Part shown: positions 13,440 through 28,400 of the stretch, piece by piece
Layout of the letters: each line of letters starts with the position of its first letter
Position numbering within the stretch: position 1 is the stretch's first letter
The notes under the pieces: model-generated
The model's input: only the letters and a program-made list of their open reading frames with translations
Told to the model about the DNA's origin: nothing
Databases searched by the model: none
Position numbers and translations under genes: made by a program
NCBI GenBank assembly: GCA_964016885.1
Contig: OZ024744.1
Location: forward strand, 103,044,001-103,108,000
Length of the DNA: 64,000 nt
Source: Eledone cirrhosa
Taxonomy: Eukaryota
Direction: 5' to 3'

Positions 13440-16400
13440 GTCATCTGTTTAAACTGGTCCTGTTGCCATGAAACTAAAAAGTAACCAGTCTACTGTTCAA
13501 AGTGGTCCTGCTGCCATGATACTAAAAAGTAGTCAGTCTACTGTTTAAAGTGGTCCTGCTGCCATGAAACTAAAAAGTAACTATTACACTGTTTAAACTG
13601 GTCCTGTTGCCATGATACTAAAAAGTAACCAGTCTACTGTTTAAACTGGTCCTGTTGCCATGAAACTAAAAAGTAGTCAGTCCACTGTTTAAAGTGGTCC
13701 TGTTGCCATGAAACTAAAAAGTAACTAGTACACTGTTTAAAGTGGTCCTGCTGCCATGATACTAAAAAGTAGTCAGTCTACTGTTTAAAGTGGTCCTGCT
13801 GCCATGAAACTAAAAAATAGTCATTCCACTGTTTAAACTGGTCCTGTTGCCATGAAACTAAAAAGTAACCAGTCTGCTGTTGAAAGTGGTCCTGTTGCCA
13901 TGAAACTAAAAAGTAGTCAGTCTACTGTTTAAAGTGATCCTGCTGACATGAAACTAAAAAGTAGTCAGTCCACTGTTTAAAGTTGTCCTGCTGCCATGAA
14001 ACTAAAAATTAGTCAGTGTACTGTTTAAAGTGGTCCTGCTGCCATGAAACCAAAAAGTAACCAGTCTACTGTTTAAAGTGGTCCTGCTGACATGGAACTA
14101 AAAAGTAATCAGTCGACTGTTTAAAGTGGGCCTGCTGCCATGAAACTAAAAAGTAGTAAGTCTACTGTTTAAAGTGGTCCTGCTGCCATAAAACTAAAAT
14201 GTAGTCAGTCTACTGTTTAACTGGTCCTGTTGCCATGAAACTAAAACGTAACCAGTCTACTGTGCAAAGTGGTCCTGCTGCCATGAAACTAAAAATTACC
14301 CAGTCCACTGTTTAAAGTGGTCCTGCTGCCATGAAACTAAAAAGTCGTCAGTCTACTGGTTAACGTGATCCTGTCGCCATGAAACTAAAAAGTAGTCAGT
14401 TCACTGTTTAAACTGGTGCTGCTGCCATGAAACTAGAAAGTAACCAGTTCCACTGTTTAAAGTGGGCCTGTTGCCGTTAAACTAAAAACTAACCATTCCA
14501 CTGTTTAAAGTGGTCCTGCTGCCCTGAAACTAGTAAGTAACCAGTCTACTGCTTAAAGTGGTCCTGCTGACATGGAACTAAAAAGTAATCAGACTACTGT
14601 TTAAAGTGGGCCTGCTGCCATGAAAGTAAAAAGTAGTAAGACTACTGTTTAAAGTGGTCCTGTTGCCATGAAAGAACAAAGTAACCAGTCTACTGTTTAA
14701 AGTGGTCCTGCTTCCATGAAACTTAAAAGTTACCAGTCTACTGTTTAAAGTGGTCCTGCTGCCATGGAACTAAAAAGTAATCAGTCGACTGTTTAAAGTG
14801 GGCCTGCTGCCATGAAACTAAAAAGTAGTAAGTCTACTGTTTAAAGTGGTCCTGCTGCCATAAAACTAAAATGTAGTCAGTCTACTGTTTAACTGGTCCT
14901 GTTGCTATGAAACTAAAACGTAACCAGTCTACTGTTCAAAGTGGTCCTGCTGCCATGAAACTAAAAATTAACCAGTCCACTGTTTAAAGTGGTCCTGTTG
15001 CCATGAAACTAAAAATTAACCAGTCCACTGTTTAAAGTGGTCCTGTTGCCATGAAACTTAAAAGTAGTCAGTCCACTGTTTAAAGTGGTCCTGCTGCCAT
15101 GAAACTAAAAAGTAGTCAGTCTACTGGTTAACGTGATCCTGTCGCCATGAAACTAAAAAGTAGTCAGTTCACTGTTTAAACTGGTGCTGCTGCCATGAAA
15201 CTAAAAAGTAACCAGTTCCACTGTTTAAAGTGGGCCTGTTGCCGTTAAACTAAAAACTAACCATTCCACTGTTTAAAGTGGTCCTGCCGCCATGAAACTA
15301 GTAAGTAACCAGTCTACTGTTTAAAGTGGTCCTGCTGACATGGAATTAAAAGTAATCAGACTACTGTTTAAAGTGGGCCTGCTGCCATGAATGTAAAAAG
15401 TAGTAAGACTACTGTTTAAAGTGGTCCTGTTGCCATGAAAGTAAAAAGTAGTCAGTCTACTGTTTAAAGTGGTCCTGCTGCCATGAAACTAAAAAGTAAC
15501 CAGTCTACTGTTTAAAGTGGTCCTGCTTCCATGAAACTAAAAATTAGTCAGTCTACTGTTTAAAGCAGTCTACTGTTTAAAGTGGTCCTGCTGCCATGAA
15601 ACTAAAAAGTAACCAGTCTACTGCTTAAAGTGATCTTGTTGCCATGAAACTAAAAAGTAACTATTACACTGTTTAAACTGGTCCTGTTGCCATGAAACTA
15701 AAAAGTAACTATTACACTGTTTAAACTGGTCCTGTTGCCATGAAACTAAAAAGTAACCAGTCCACTGTTTAAAGTGCTCCTGCTGCCACGGAACTAAAAA
15801 GTAACCAGTCCACTGTTTAAAGTGTTCCTGCTGCCATGAAACTAAAAAATAGTCAGTCCACCGTTTTAACTGGTCCTGTTGCCATGAAACTAAAAAGTAA
15901 CCAGTCTACTGTTTAAAGTGATCCTGCTGCCATGAAACTAAAAAGTAGTCAGTCCACTGTTTAAAGTTGTCCTGCTGCCATGAAACTAAAAAGTAACCAG
16001 TCTACTGTTTAAAGTGATCCTGCTGACATGGAACTAAAAAGTAATCAGTCGACTGTTTAAAGTGGGCCTGCTGCCATGAAACTAAAAAGTAGTAAGTCTA
16101 CTGTTTAAAGTGGTCCTGTTGCCATGAAAGTAAAAAGTAGTCAGTCTACTATTTAAAGTGGTCCTGCTGATATGAAACTAAAAAGTAACCAGTCTACTGT
16201 TTAAAGTGGTCCTGCTGCCATGGAACTAAAAAGTAATCAGTCTACTGTTTAAAGTGGTCCTGCTGCCATGAAACTAAAATGTAGTCAGTCTACTGTTTAA
16301 CTGGTCCTGTTGCCATGAAACTAAAACGTAACCAGTCTACTGTTCAAAGTGGTCCTGCTGCCATGTAACTAAAAATTAACCAGTCCACTGTTTAAAGTGG

Positions 16401-19400
16401 TCCTGTTGCGATGAAACTTAAAAGCAGTCAGTCCCTTGGTTAAAGTGATCCTCTCGCCATGAAACTAAAAAGTAGTCAGTTCACTGTTTAAACTGGTGCT
16501 GCTGCCATAAAACTAAAAAGTAACCAGTTCCACTGCTTAAAGTGGGCCTGTTGCCATGAAACTAAAAAGTAAACAGTCGGCTGTTTAAAGAGGTCCTGTT
16601 GCTATGAAACTAAAAAGTAAACAGTCTACTGTTTAAAGTGGTCCTGTTGCCGTTAAACTAAAAACTAACCATTCCACTGTTTAAAGTGGTCTCTGCCATG
16701 AAACTAGTAAGTAACCAGTCTACTGTTTAAACTGGTCCTCTTGCCAAGAAACTAAAGAGTAACCAGTCCACTGTTTAAAGTGCTCCTGCTGCCACGGAAC
16801 TAAACAGTAACCAGTCCACTGTTTAAAGTGTTCCTGCTGCCATGAAACTAAAAAATAGTCAGTCCACCGTTTAAACTGGTCCTGTTGCCATGAAACTAAA
16901 AAGTAACCAGTCTACTGTTTAAAGTTATCCTGCTGCCATGAAAGTAAAAAGTAGTCAGTCCACTGTTTAAAGTTGTCCTGCTGCCATGAAACTAAAAAGT
17001 AGTCAGTCTACTGTTTAAAGTGGTCCTGCTGCCATGAAACTAAAAAGTAAGCAGTCTACTGTTTAAAGTGGTCCTGCTGACATGGAACTAAAAAGTAATC
17101 AGACTACTGTTTAAAGTGGTCCTGCTGCCATGAAACTAAAAAATAGTCATTCCACTGTTTAAACTGGTCCTGTCGCCATGAAACTAAAAAGTGACCAGTC
17201 TGCTGTTGAAAGTGGTCCTGTTGCCATGAAACTAAAACTAGTCAGTCTACTGTTTAAAGCAGTCTACTGTTTAAAGTGGGCCTGCTGCCATGAAAGTAAA
17301 AAGTAGTAAGTCTACTGTTTAAAGTGGTCCTGCCGCCACGAAACTAAAAAGTAGTCAGTCTACTGTTTAACTGGTCCTGTTGCCATGAAACTAGAACGTA
17401 ACCAGTCTACTGTTCAAAGTGGTCCTGCTGCCATGAGACTAAAAAGTAACCAGTCCACTGTTTAAAGTGGTCCTGTTGCCATGAAACTAAAAAATAGTCA
17501 TTTCACTGTTTAAACTGGTCCTGTTGCCATGAAACTAAAAAGTGACCAGTCTGCTGTTGAAAGTGGTCCTGTTGCCATGAAACTAAAACTAGTCAGTCTA
17601 CTGTTTAAAGCAGTCTACTGTTTAAAGTGGTCCTGCTGCCATGAAACTAAAAAGTAGTCAGTCCGCTGTTTAAAGTGGTCCTGCTGCCATGAAACTAAAA
17701 ATTAGTCAGTCTACTGTTTAAAGCAGTCTACTGTTTAAAGTGGTCCTGCTGCCATGAAACTAAAAAGTAGTCAGTCCACTGTTTAAAGTGGTCCTGCTGC
17801 CATGAAACTAAAAAGTAACCAGTCTACTGCTTAAAGTGGTCTTGTTGCCATGAAACTAAAAAGTAGTCAGTGTATGGTTTAAAGTGGTCCTGCTGCCATG
17901 AAACTAAAAATTAGTCAGTCTACTGTTTAAAGTGGTCCTGTTGCCATGAAACTAAAAAGTAACCAGTCCACTGTTTAAAATGGTCCTGTTGCCATGAAAC
18001 TAAAAAGTAGCCAGTGTACTGTTTAAAGTGGTCCTGCTGCCATGAAACTAAAAAGTAACCAGTCCACTGTTTAAAGTGATCCTGCTGCCATGAAACTAAA
18101 AAGTAACCGGTCCACTGTTTAAAGTGGTCCTGCTGCCATGAAACTAAAAAGTAATCAGTCAACTGTTTAAACCGGTCCTTTTGCCATGAAACTAAAAAGT
18201 AACCAGTCTACTGTTCAAAGTGGTCCTGCTGCCTTGAAACTGAAAAGTAGTCAGTCCACTGTTTAAAGTGGCCTGTTGCCATGAGACTAAAAAGTAGTCA
18301 GTCTACCGTTTAAAGTGGTCCTGTTGCCATGAAACTAAAAAGTAACTAGTACACTGTTTAAAGTGGTCCTGCTGCCATGATACTAAAAAGTAGTCAGTCT
18401 ACTGTTTAAAGTGGTCCTGCTGCCATGAAACTAAAAAGTAACCAGTCCACTGTTTAAAGTGGTCCTGCTGCCATGAAACTAAAAAGTAGTCAGTCATCTG
18501 TTTAAACTGGTCCTGTTGCCATGAAACTAAAAAGTAACCAGTCTACTGTTCAAAGTGGTCCTGCTGCCATGATACTAAAAAGTAGTCAGTCTACTGTTTA
18601 AAGTGGTCCTGCTGCCATGAAACTAAAAAGTAACTATTACACTGTTTAAACTGGTCCTGTTGCCATGAAACTAAAAAGTAACCAGTGTACTGTTCAAAGT
18701 GGTCCTGTTGCCATGAAACTAAAAAGTAGTCAGTCCACTGTTTAAAGTGGCCCTGTTGCCATGAAACTAAAAAGTAGTCAGTCTACTGTTTAAAGTGGTC
18801 CTGTTGCCATGAAACTAAAAAGTAACTAGTACACTGTTTAAAGTGGTCCTGCTGCCATGATACTAAAAAGTAGTCAGTCTACTGTTTAAAGTGGTCCTGC
18901 TGCCATGAAACTAAAAAATAGTCATTCCACTGTTTAAACTGGTCCTGTTGCCATGAAACTAAAAAGTAACCAGTCTGCTGTTGAAAGTGGTCCTGTTGCC
19001 ATGAAACTAAAAAGTAGTCAGTCTACTGTTTAAAGTGATCCTGCTGACATGAAACTAAAAAGTAGTCAGTCCACTGTTTAAAGTGGTCCTGCTGCCATGA
19101 AACTAAAAAGTAGTCAGTCCACTGTTTAAAGTTGTCCTGCTGCCATGAAACTAAAAATTAGTCAGTGTACTGTTTAAAGTGGTCCTGCTGCCATGAAACC
19201 AAAAAGTAACCAGTCTACTGTTTAAAGTGGTCCTGCTGACATGGAACTAAAAAGTAATCAGTCGACTGTTTAAAGTGGGCCTGCTGCCATGAAACTAAAA
19301 AGTAGTAAGTCTACTGTTTAAAGTGGTCCTGCTGCCATAAAACTAAAATGTAGTCAGTCTACTGTTTAACTGGTCCTGTTGCCATGAAACTAAAACGTAA

Positions 19401-22400
19401 CCAGTCTACTGTTTAAAGTGGTCCTGCTGCCATGAAACTAAAAAGTAGTCAGTCTACTGGTTAACGTGATCCTGTCGCCATGAAACTAAAAAGTAGTCAG
19501 TTCACTGTTTAAACTGGTGCTGCTGCCATGAAACTAAAAAGTAACCAGTTCCACTGTTTAAAGTGGGCCTGTTGCCGTTAAACTAAAAACTAACCATTCC
19601 ACTGTTTAAAGTGGTCCTGCCGCCATGAAACTAGTAAGTAACCAGTCTACTGTTTAAAGTGGTCCTGCTGACATGGAATTAAAAGTAATCAGACTACTGT
19701 TTAAAGTGGGCCTGCTGCCATGAATGTAAAAAGTAGTAAGACTACTGTTTAAAGTGGTCCTGTTGCCATGAAAGTAAAAAGTAGTCAGTCTACTGTTTAA
19801 AGTGGTCCTGCTGCCATGAAACTAAAAAGTAACCAGTCTACTGTTTAAAGTGGTCCTGCTTCCATGAAACTAAAAATTAGTCAGTCTACTGTTTAAAGCA
19901 GTCTACTGTTTAAAGTGGTCCTGCTGCCATGAAACTAAAAAGTAACCAGTCTACTGCTTAAAGTGATCTTGTTGCCATGAAACTAAAAAGTAACTATTAC
20001 ACTGTTTAAACTGGTCCTGTTGCCATGAAACTAAAAAGTAACCAGTCTACTGTTCAAAGTGGTCCTGTTGCCATGAAACTAAAAAGTAGTCTGTCCACTG
20101 TTTAAAGTGGCCCTGTTGCCATGAAACTAAAAAGTAGTCAGTCTACTGTTTAAAGTGGTCCTGTTGCCATGAAACTAAAAAGTAACTATTACACTGTTTA
20201 AACTGGTCCTGTTGCCATGAAACTAAAAAGTAACCAGTCCACTGTTTAAAGTGCTCCTGCTGCCACGGAACTAAAAAGTAACCAGTCCACTGTTTAAAGT
20301 GTTCCTGCTGCCATGAAACTAAAAAATAGTCAGTCCACCGTTTTAACTGGTCCTGTTGCCATGAAACTAAAAAGTAACCAGTCTACTGTTTAAAGTGATC
20401 CTGCTGCCATGAAACTAAAAAGTAGTCAGTCCACTGTTTAAAGTTGTCCTGCTGCCATGAAACTAAAAAGTAACCAGTCTACTGTTTAAAGTGATCCTGC
20501 TGACATGGAACTAAAAAGTAATCAGTCGACTGTTTAAAGTGGGCCTGCTGCCATGAAACTAAAAAGTAGTAAGTCTACTGTTTAAAGTGGTCCTGTTGCC
20601 ATGAAAGTAAAAAGTAGTCAGTCTACTATTTAAAGTGGTCCTGCTGATATGAAACTAAAAAGTAACCAGTCTACTGTTTAAAGTGGTCCTGCTGCCATGG
20701 AACTAAAAAGTAATCAGTCTACTGTTTAAAGTGGTCCTGCTGCCATGAAACTAAAATGTAGTCAGTCTACTGTTTAACTGGTCCTGTTGCCATGAAACTA
20801 AAACGTAACCAGTCCACTGTTTAAAGTGGTCCTGTTGCGATGAAACTTAAAAGCACTCAGTCCCTTGGTTAAAGTGATCCTCTCGCCATGAAACTAAAAA
20901 GTAGTCAGTTCACTGTTTAAACTGGTGCTGCTGCCATAAAACTAAAAAGTAACCAGTTCCACTGCTTAAAGTGGGCCTGTTGCCATGAAACTAAAAAGTA
21001 AACAGTCGGCTGTTTAAAGAGGTCCTGTTGCTATGAAACTAAAAAGTAAACAGTCTACTGTTTAAAGTGGTCCTGTTGCCGTTAAACTAAAAACTAACCA
21101 TTCCACTGTTTAAAGTGGTCTCTGCCATGAAACTAGTAAGTAACCAGTCTACTGTTTAAACTGGTCCTCTTGCCAAGAAACTAAAGAGTAACCAGTCCAC
21201 TGTTTAAAGTGCTCCTGCTGCCACGGAACTAAACAGTAACCAGTCCACTGTTTAAAGTGTTCCTGCTGCCATGAAAATAAAAAATAGTCAGTCCACCGTT
21301 TAAACTGGTCCTGTTGCCATGAAACTAAAAAGTAACCAGTCTACTGTTTAAAGTTATCCTGCTGCCATGAAAGTAAAAAGTAGTCAGTCCACTGTTTAAA
21401 GTTGTCCTGCTGCCATGAAACTAAAAAGTAGTCAGTCTACTGTTTAAAGTGGTCCTGCTGCCATGAAACTAAAAAGTAAGCAGTCTACTGTTTAAAGTGG
21501 TCCTGCTGACATGGAACTAAAAAGTAATCAGACTACTGTTTAAAGTGGTCCTGCTGCCATGAAACTAAAAAATAGTCATTCCACTGTTTAAACTGGTCCT
21601 GTCGCCATGAAACTAAAAAGTGACCAGTCTGCTGTTGAAAGTGGTCCTGTTGCCATGAAACTAAAACTAGTCAGTCTACTGTTTAAAGCAGTCTACTGTT
21701 TAAAGTGGGCCTGCTGCCATGAAAGTAAAAAGTAGTAAGTCTACTGTTTAAAGTGGTCCTGCCGCCACGAAACTAAAAAGTAGTCAGTCTACTGTTTAAC
21801 TGGTCCTGTTGCCATGAAACTAGAACGTAACCAGTCTACTGTTCAAAGTGGTCCTGCTGCCATGAGACTAAAAAGTAACCAGTCCACTGTTTAAAGTGGT
21901 CCTGTTGACATGAAACTAAAAAATAGTCATTTCACTGTTTAAACTGGTCCTGTTGCCATGAAACTAAAAAGTGACCAGTCTGCTGTTGAAAGTGGTCCTG
22001 TTGCCATGAAACTAAAACTAGTCAGTCTACTGTTTAAAGCAGTCTACTGTTTAAAGTGGTCCTGCTGCCATGAAACTAAAAAGTAGTCAGTCCGCTGTTT
22101 AAAGTGGTCCTGCTGCCATGAAACTAAAAATTAGTCAGTCTACTGTTTAAAGCAGTCTACTGTTTAAAGTGGTCCTGCTGCCATGAAACTAAAAAGTAGT
22201 CAGTCCACTGTTTAAAGTGGTCCTGCTGCCATGAAACTAAAAAGTAACCAGTCTACTGATTAAAGTGGTCTTGTTGCCATGAAACTAAAAAGTAGTCAGT
22301 GTATGGTTTAAAGTGGTCCTGCTGCCATGAAACTAAAAATTAGTCAGTCTACTGTTTAAAGTGGTCCTGTTGCCATGAAACTAAAAAGTAACCAGTCCAC

Positions 22401-25400
22401 TGTTTAAAATGGTCCTGTTGCCATGAAACTAAAAAGTAGCCAGTGTACTGTTTAAAGTGATCCTGCTGCCATGAAACTAAAAAGTAACCGGTCCACTGTT
22501 TAAAGTGGTCCTGCTGCCATGAAACTAAAAAGTAATCAGTCAACTGTTTAAACCGGTCCTTTTGCCATGAAACTAAAAAGTAACCAGTCTACTGTTCAAA
22601 GTGGTCCTGCTGCCTTGAAACTGAAAAGTAGTCAGTCCACTGTTTAAAGTGGCCTGTTGCCATGAGACTAAAAAGTAGTCAGTCTACCGTTTAAAGTGGT
22701 CCTGTTGCCATGAAACTAAAAAGTAACTAGTACACTGTTTAAAGTGGTCCTGCTGCCATGATACTAAAAAGTAGTCAGTCTACTGTTTAAAGTGGTCCTG
22801 CTGCCATGAAACTAAAAAGTAACCAGTCCACTGTTTAAAGTGGTCCTGCTGCCATGAAACTAAAAAGTAACCGGTCCACTGTTTAAAATGGTCCTGCTGC
22901 CATGAAACTAAAAAGTAGTCAGTCATCTGTTTAAACTGGTCCTGTTGCCATGAAACTAAAAAGTAACCAGTCTACTGTTCAAAGTGGTCCTGCTGCCATG
23001 ATACTAAAAAGTAGTCAGTCTACTGTTTAAAGTGGTCCTGCTGCCATGAAACTAAAAAGTAACTATTACACTGTTTAAACTGGTCCTGTTGCCATGAAAC
23101 TAAAAAGTAACCAGTCTACTGTTCAAAGTGGTCCTGTTGCCATGAAACTAAAAAGTAGTCAGTCCACTGTTTAAAGTGGCCCTGTTGCCATGAAACTAAA
23201 AAGTAGTCAGTCTACTGTTTAAAGTGGTCCTGTTGCCATGAAACTAAAAAGTAACTAGTACACTGTTTAAAGTGGTCCTGCTGCCATGATACTAAAAAGT
23301 AGTCAGTCTACTGTTTAAAGTGGTCCTGCTGCCATGAAACTAAAAAATAGTCATTCCACTGTTTAAACTGGTCCTGTTGCCATGAAACTAAAAAGTAACC
23401 AGTCTGCTGTTGAAAGTGGTCCTGTTGCCATGAAACTAAAAAGTAGTCAGTCTACTGTTTAAAGTGATCCTGCTGACATGAAACTAAAAAGTAGTCAGTC
23501 TACTGTTTAACGTGGTCCTGCTGCCATGAAACTAAACAGTAGACTGGTTACTTTTTAAAGTGATCCTGCTGCCATGAAACTAAAAAGTAGTCAGTCCACT
23601 GTTTAAAGTTGTCCTGCTGCCATGAAACTAAAAATTAGTCAGTGTACTGTTTAAAGTGGTCCTGCTGCCATGAAACCAAAAAGTAACCAGTCTACTGTTT
23701 AAAGTGGTCCTGCTGACATGGAACTAAAAAGTAATCAGTCGACTGTTTAAAGTGGGCCTGCTGCCATGAAACTAAAAAGTAGTAAGTCTACTGTTTAAAG
23801 TGGTCCTGCTGCCATAAAACTAAAATGTAGTCAGTCTACTGTTTAACTGGTCCTGTTGCCATGAAACTAAAACGTAACCAGTCTACTGTTCAAAGTGGTC
23901 CTGCTGCCATGAAACTAAAAATTAACCAGTCCACTGTTTAAAGTGGTCCTGCTGCCATGAAACTAAAAAGTCGTCAGTCTACTGGTTAACGTGATCCTGT
24001 CGCCATGAAACTAAAAAGTAGTCAGTTCACTGTTTAAACTGGTGCTGCTGCCATGAAACTAAAAAGTAACCAGTTCCACTGTTTAAAGTGGGCCTGTTGC
24101 CGTTAAACTAAAAACTAACCATTCCACTGTTTAAAGTGGTCCTGCTGCCATGAAACTAGTAAGTAACCAGTCTACTGCTTAAAGTGGTCCTGCTGACATG
24201 GAACTAAAAAGTAATCAGACTACTGTTTAAAGTGGGCCTGCTGCCATGAAAGTAAAAAGTAGTAAGACTACTGTTTAAAGTGGTCCTGTTGCCATGAAAG
24301 TAAAAAGTAGTCAGTCTACTGTTTAAAGTGGTCCTGCTGCCATGAAACTAAAAAGTAACCAGTCTACTGTTTAAAGTGGTCCTGCTTCCATGAAACTTAA
24401 AAGTTACCAGTCTACTGTTTAAAGTGGTCCTGCTGCCATGGAACTAAAAAGTAATCAGTCGACTGTTTAAAGTGGGCCTGCTGCCATGAAACTAAAAAGT
24501 AGTAAGTCTACTGTTTAAAGTGGTCCTGCTGCCATAAAACTAAAATGTAGTCAGTCTACTGTTTAACTGGTCCTGTTGCCATGAAACTAAAACGTAACCA
24601 GTCTACTGTTCAAAGTGGTCCTGCTGCCATGAAACTAAAAATTAACCAGTCCACTGTTTAAAGTGGTCCTGTTGCCATGAAACTAAAAATTAACCAGTCC
24701 ACTGTTTAAAGTGGTCCTGTTGCCATGAAACTTAAAAGTAGTCAGTCCACTGTTTAAAGTGGTCCTGCTGCCATGAAACTAAAAAGTAGTCAGTCTACTA
24801 GTTAACGTGATCCTGTCGCCATGAAACTAAAAAGTAGTCAGTTCACTGTTTAAACTGGTGCTGCTGCCATGAAACTAAAAAGTAACCAGTTCCACTGTTT
24901 AAAGTGGGCCTGTTGCCGTTAAACTAAAAACTAACCATTCCACTGTTTAAAGTGGTCCTGCCGCCATGAAACTAGTAAGTAACCAGTCTAATGTTTAAAG
25001 TGGTCCTGCTGACATGGAATTAAAAGTAATCAGACTACTGTTTAAAGTGGGCCTGCTGCCATGAAAGTAAAAAGTAGTAAGACTACTGTTTAAAGTGGTC
25101 CTGTTGCCATGAAAGTAAAAAGTAGTCGGTCTACTGTTTAAAGTGGTCCTGCTGCCATGAAACTAAAAAGTAACCAGTCTACTGTTTAAAGTGGTCCTGC
25201 TTCCATGAAACTAAAAATTAGTCAGTCTACTGTTTAAAGCAGTCTACTGTTTAAAGTGGTCCTGCTGCCATGAAACTAAAAAGTAACCAGTCTACTGCTT
25301 AAAGTGGTCCTGTTGCCATGAAACTAAAAAGTAACCAGTATACTGTTCAAAGTGGTCCTGTTGCCATGAAACTAAAAAGTAGTCAGTCCACTGTTTAAAG

Positions 25401-28400
25401 TGGCCCTGTTGCCATGAAACTAAAAAGTAGTCGTTCTACTGTTTAAAGTGGTCCTGCTGCCATGAAACTAAAAAGTAACTATTACACTGTTTAAACTGGT
25501 CCTGTTGCCATGAAACTAAAAAGTAACCAGTCCACTGTTTAAAGTGCTCCTGCTGCCACGGAACTAAAAAGTAACCAGTCCACTGTTTAAAGTGTTCCTG
25601 CTGCCATGAAACTAAAAAATAGTCAGTCCACCGTTTTAACTGGTCCTGTTGCCATGAAACTAAAAAGTAACCAGTCTACTGTTTAAAGTGATCCTGCTGC
25701 CATGAAACTAAAAAGTAGTCAGTCCACTGTTTAAAGTTGTCCTGCTGCCATGAAACTAAAAAGTAACCAGTCTACTGTTTAAAGTGATCCTGCTGACATG
25801 GAACTAAAAAGTAATCAGTCGACTGTTTAAAGTGGGCCTGCTGCCATGAAACTAAAAAGTAGTAAGTCTACTGTTTAAAGTGGTCCTGTTGCCATGAAAG
25901 TAAAAAGTAGTCAGTCTACTATTTAAAGTGGTCCTGCTGATATGAAACTAAAAAGTAACCAGTCTACTGTTTAAAGTGGTCCTGCTGCCATGGAACTAAA
26001 AAGTAATCAGTCTACTGTTTAAAGTGGTCCTGCTGCCATGAAACTAAAATGTAGTCAGTCTACTGTTTAACTGGTCCTGTTGCCATGAAACTAAAACGTA
26101 ACCAGTCTACTGTTCAAAGTGGTCCTGCTGCCATGTAACTAAAAATTAACCAGTCCACTGTTTAAAGTGGTCCTGTTGCGATGAAACTTAAAAGCAGTCA
26201 GTCCCTTGGTTAAAGTGATCCTCTCGCCATGAAACTAAAAAGTAGTCAGTTCACTGTTTAAACTGGTGCTGCTGCCATAAAACTAAAAAGTAACCAGTTC
26301 CACTGCTTAAAGTGGGCCTGTTGCCATGAAACTAAAAAGTAAACAGTCGGCTGTTTAAAGAGGTCCTGTTGCTATGAAACTAAAAAGTAAACAGTCTACT
26401 GTTTAAAGTGGTCCTGTTGCCGTTAAACTAAAAACTAACCATTCCACTGTTTAAAGTGGTCTCTGCCAAGAAACTAAAGAGTAACCAGTCCACTGTTTAA
26501 AGTGCTCCTGCTGCCACGGAACTAAACAGTAACCAGTCCACTGTTTAAAGTGTTCCTGCAGCCATGAAACTAAAAAATAGTCAGTCTACCGTTTAAACTG
26601 GTCCTGTTGCCATGAAACTAAAAAGTAACCAGTCTACTGTTTAAAGTTATCCTGCTGCCATGAAAGTAAAAAGTAGTCAGTCCACTGTTTAAAGTTGTCC
26701 TGCTGCCATGAAACTAAAAAGTAGTCAGTCTACTGTTTAAAGTGGTCCTGCTGCCATGAAACTAAAAAGTAAGCAGTCTACTGTTTAAAGTGGTCCTGCT
26801 GACATGGAACTAAAAAGTAATCAGACTACTGTTTAAAGTGGTCCTGCTGCCATGAAACTAAAAAATAGTCATTCCACTGTCTAAACTGGTCCTGTTGCCA
26901 TGAAACTAAAAAGTGACCAGTCTGAACTAAAAAGTAATCAGACTGTTTAAAGTGGTCCTGCTGCCATGAAACTAAAAAATAGTCATTCCACTGTTTAAAC
27001 TGGTCCTGTTGCCATGAAACTAAAAAGTGACCAGTCTGCTGTTGAAAGTGGTCCTGTTGCCATGAAACTAAAACTAGTCAGTCTACTGTTTAAAGCAGTC
27101 TACTGTTTAAAGTGGGCATGCTGCCATGAAAGTAAAAAGTAGTAAGTCTACTGTTTAAAGTGGTCCTGCTTCCATGAAACTAAAAAGTTACCAGTCTACT
27201 GTTTAAAGTGGTCCTGCCGCCACGAAACTAAAAAGTAGTCAGTCTACTGTTTAACTGGTCCTGTTGCCATGAAACTAGAACGTAACCAGTCTACTGTTCA
27301 AAGTGGTCCTGCTGCCATGAGACTAAAAAGTAACCAGTCCACTGTTTAAAGTGGTCCTGTTGCCATGAAACTAAAAAATAGTCATTCCACTGTTTAAACT
27401 GGTCCTGTTGCCATGAAACTAAAAAGTGACCAGTCTGCTGTTGAAAGTGGTCCTGTTGCCATGAAACTAAAAAGTAGTCAGTCCACTGTTTAAAGTGGTC
27501 CTGCTGCCCTGAAACTAAAAAATAGTCATTCCACTGTTTAAACCGGTCCTGTTGCCATGAAACTAGAACGTAACCAGTCTACTGTTCAAAGTGGTCCTGC
27601 TGCCATGAGACTAAAAAGTAACCAGTCCACTGTTTAAAGTGGTCCTGTTGCCATGAATCTAAAAAATAGTCATTCCACTGTTTAAACTGGTCCTGTTGCC
27701 ATGAAACTAAAAAGTGACCAGTCTGCTGTTGAAAGTGGTCCTGTTGCCATGAAACTAAAACTAGTCAGTCTACTGTTTAAAGCAGTCTACTGTTTAAAGT
27801 GGTCCTGCTGCCATGAAACTAAAAAGTAGTCAGTCCGCTGTTTAAAGTGGTCCTGCTGCCATGAAACTAAAACTAGTCAGTCTACTGTTTAAAGCAGTCT
27901 ACTGTTTAAAGTTATCCTGTTGCCATGAAACCAAAAAGTAGTCAGTCCACTGTTTAAAGTGGTCCTGCTGCCATGAAACTAAAAAGTAGTCAGTCCACTG
28001 TTTAAAGTGGTCCTGCTGCCATGAAACTAAAAAGTAACCAGTCTACTGCTTAAAGTGGTCTTGTTGCCATGAAACTAAAAAGTAGTCAGTGTATGGTTTA
28101 AAGTGGTCCTGCTGCCATGAAACTAAAAATTAGTCAGTCTACTGTTTAAAGTGGTCCTGTTGCCATGAAACTAAAAAGTAACCAGTCCACTGTTTAAAAT
28201 GGTCCTGTTGCCATGAAACTAAAAAGTAGCCAGTGTACTGTTTAAAGTGGTCCTGCTGCCATGAAACTAAAAAGTAACCAGTCCACTGTTTAAAGTGATC
28301 CTGCTGCCATGAAACTAAAAAGTAACCGGTCCACTGTTTAAAGTGGTCCTGCTGCCATGAAACTAAAAAGTAATCAGTCAACTGTTTAAACCGGTCCTTT

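Larger units (their letters stand above)
1..13640 (+). repeat. About 8.1-8.2 kb period higher-order duplication: 1-~5575 repeated at 8208-~13640
   Basis: Rare variants recur in the same order: gaaaataaaa at ~28/8235, aacgtgttcc at ~938/9096, gtgcgcc at ~1515/9674, ccaggaaactaaagag at ~2760/10918, and the PWQQ ORF at 3362/11520. Offsets are 8207, 8158, 8157 and 8061, with steps close to whole monomers. Confidence 0.9.

Noticed and set aside
23534-23556. Recombinase-driven invertible switch (phase variation/shufflon)
   Set aside because: There is no recombinase in the window, the segment is very short, and all inverted copies share one flanking context. This fits a single historical event that was later duplicated.
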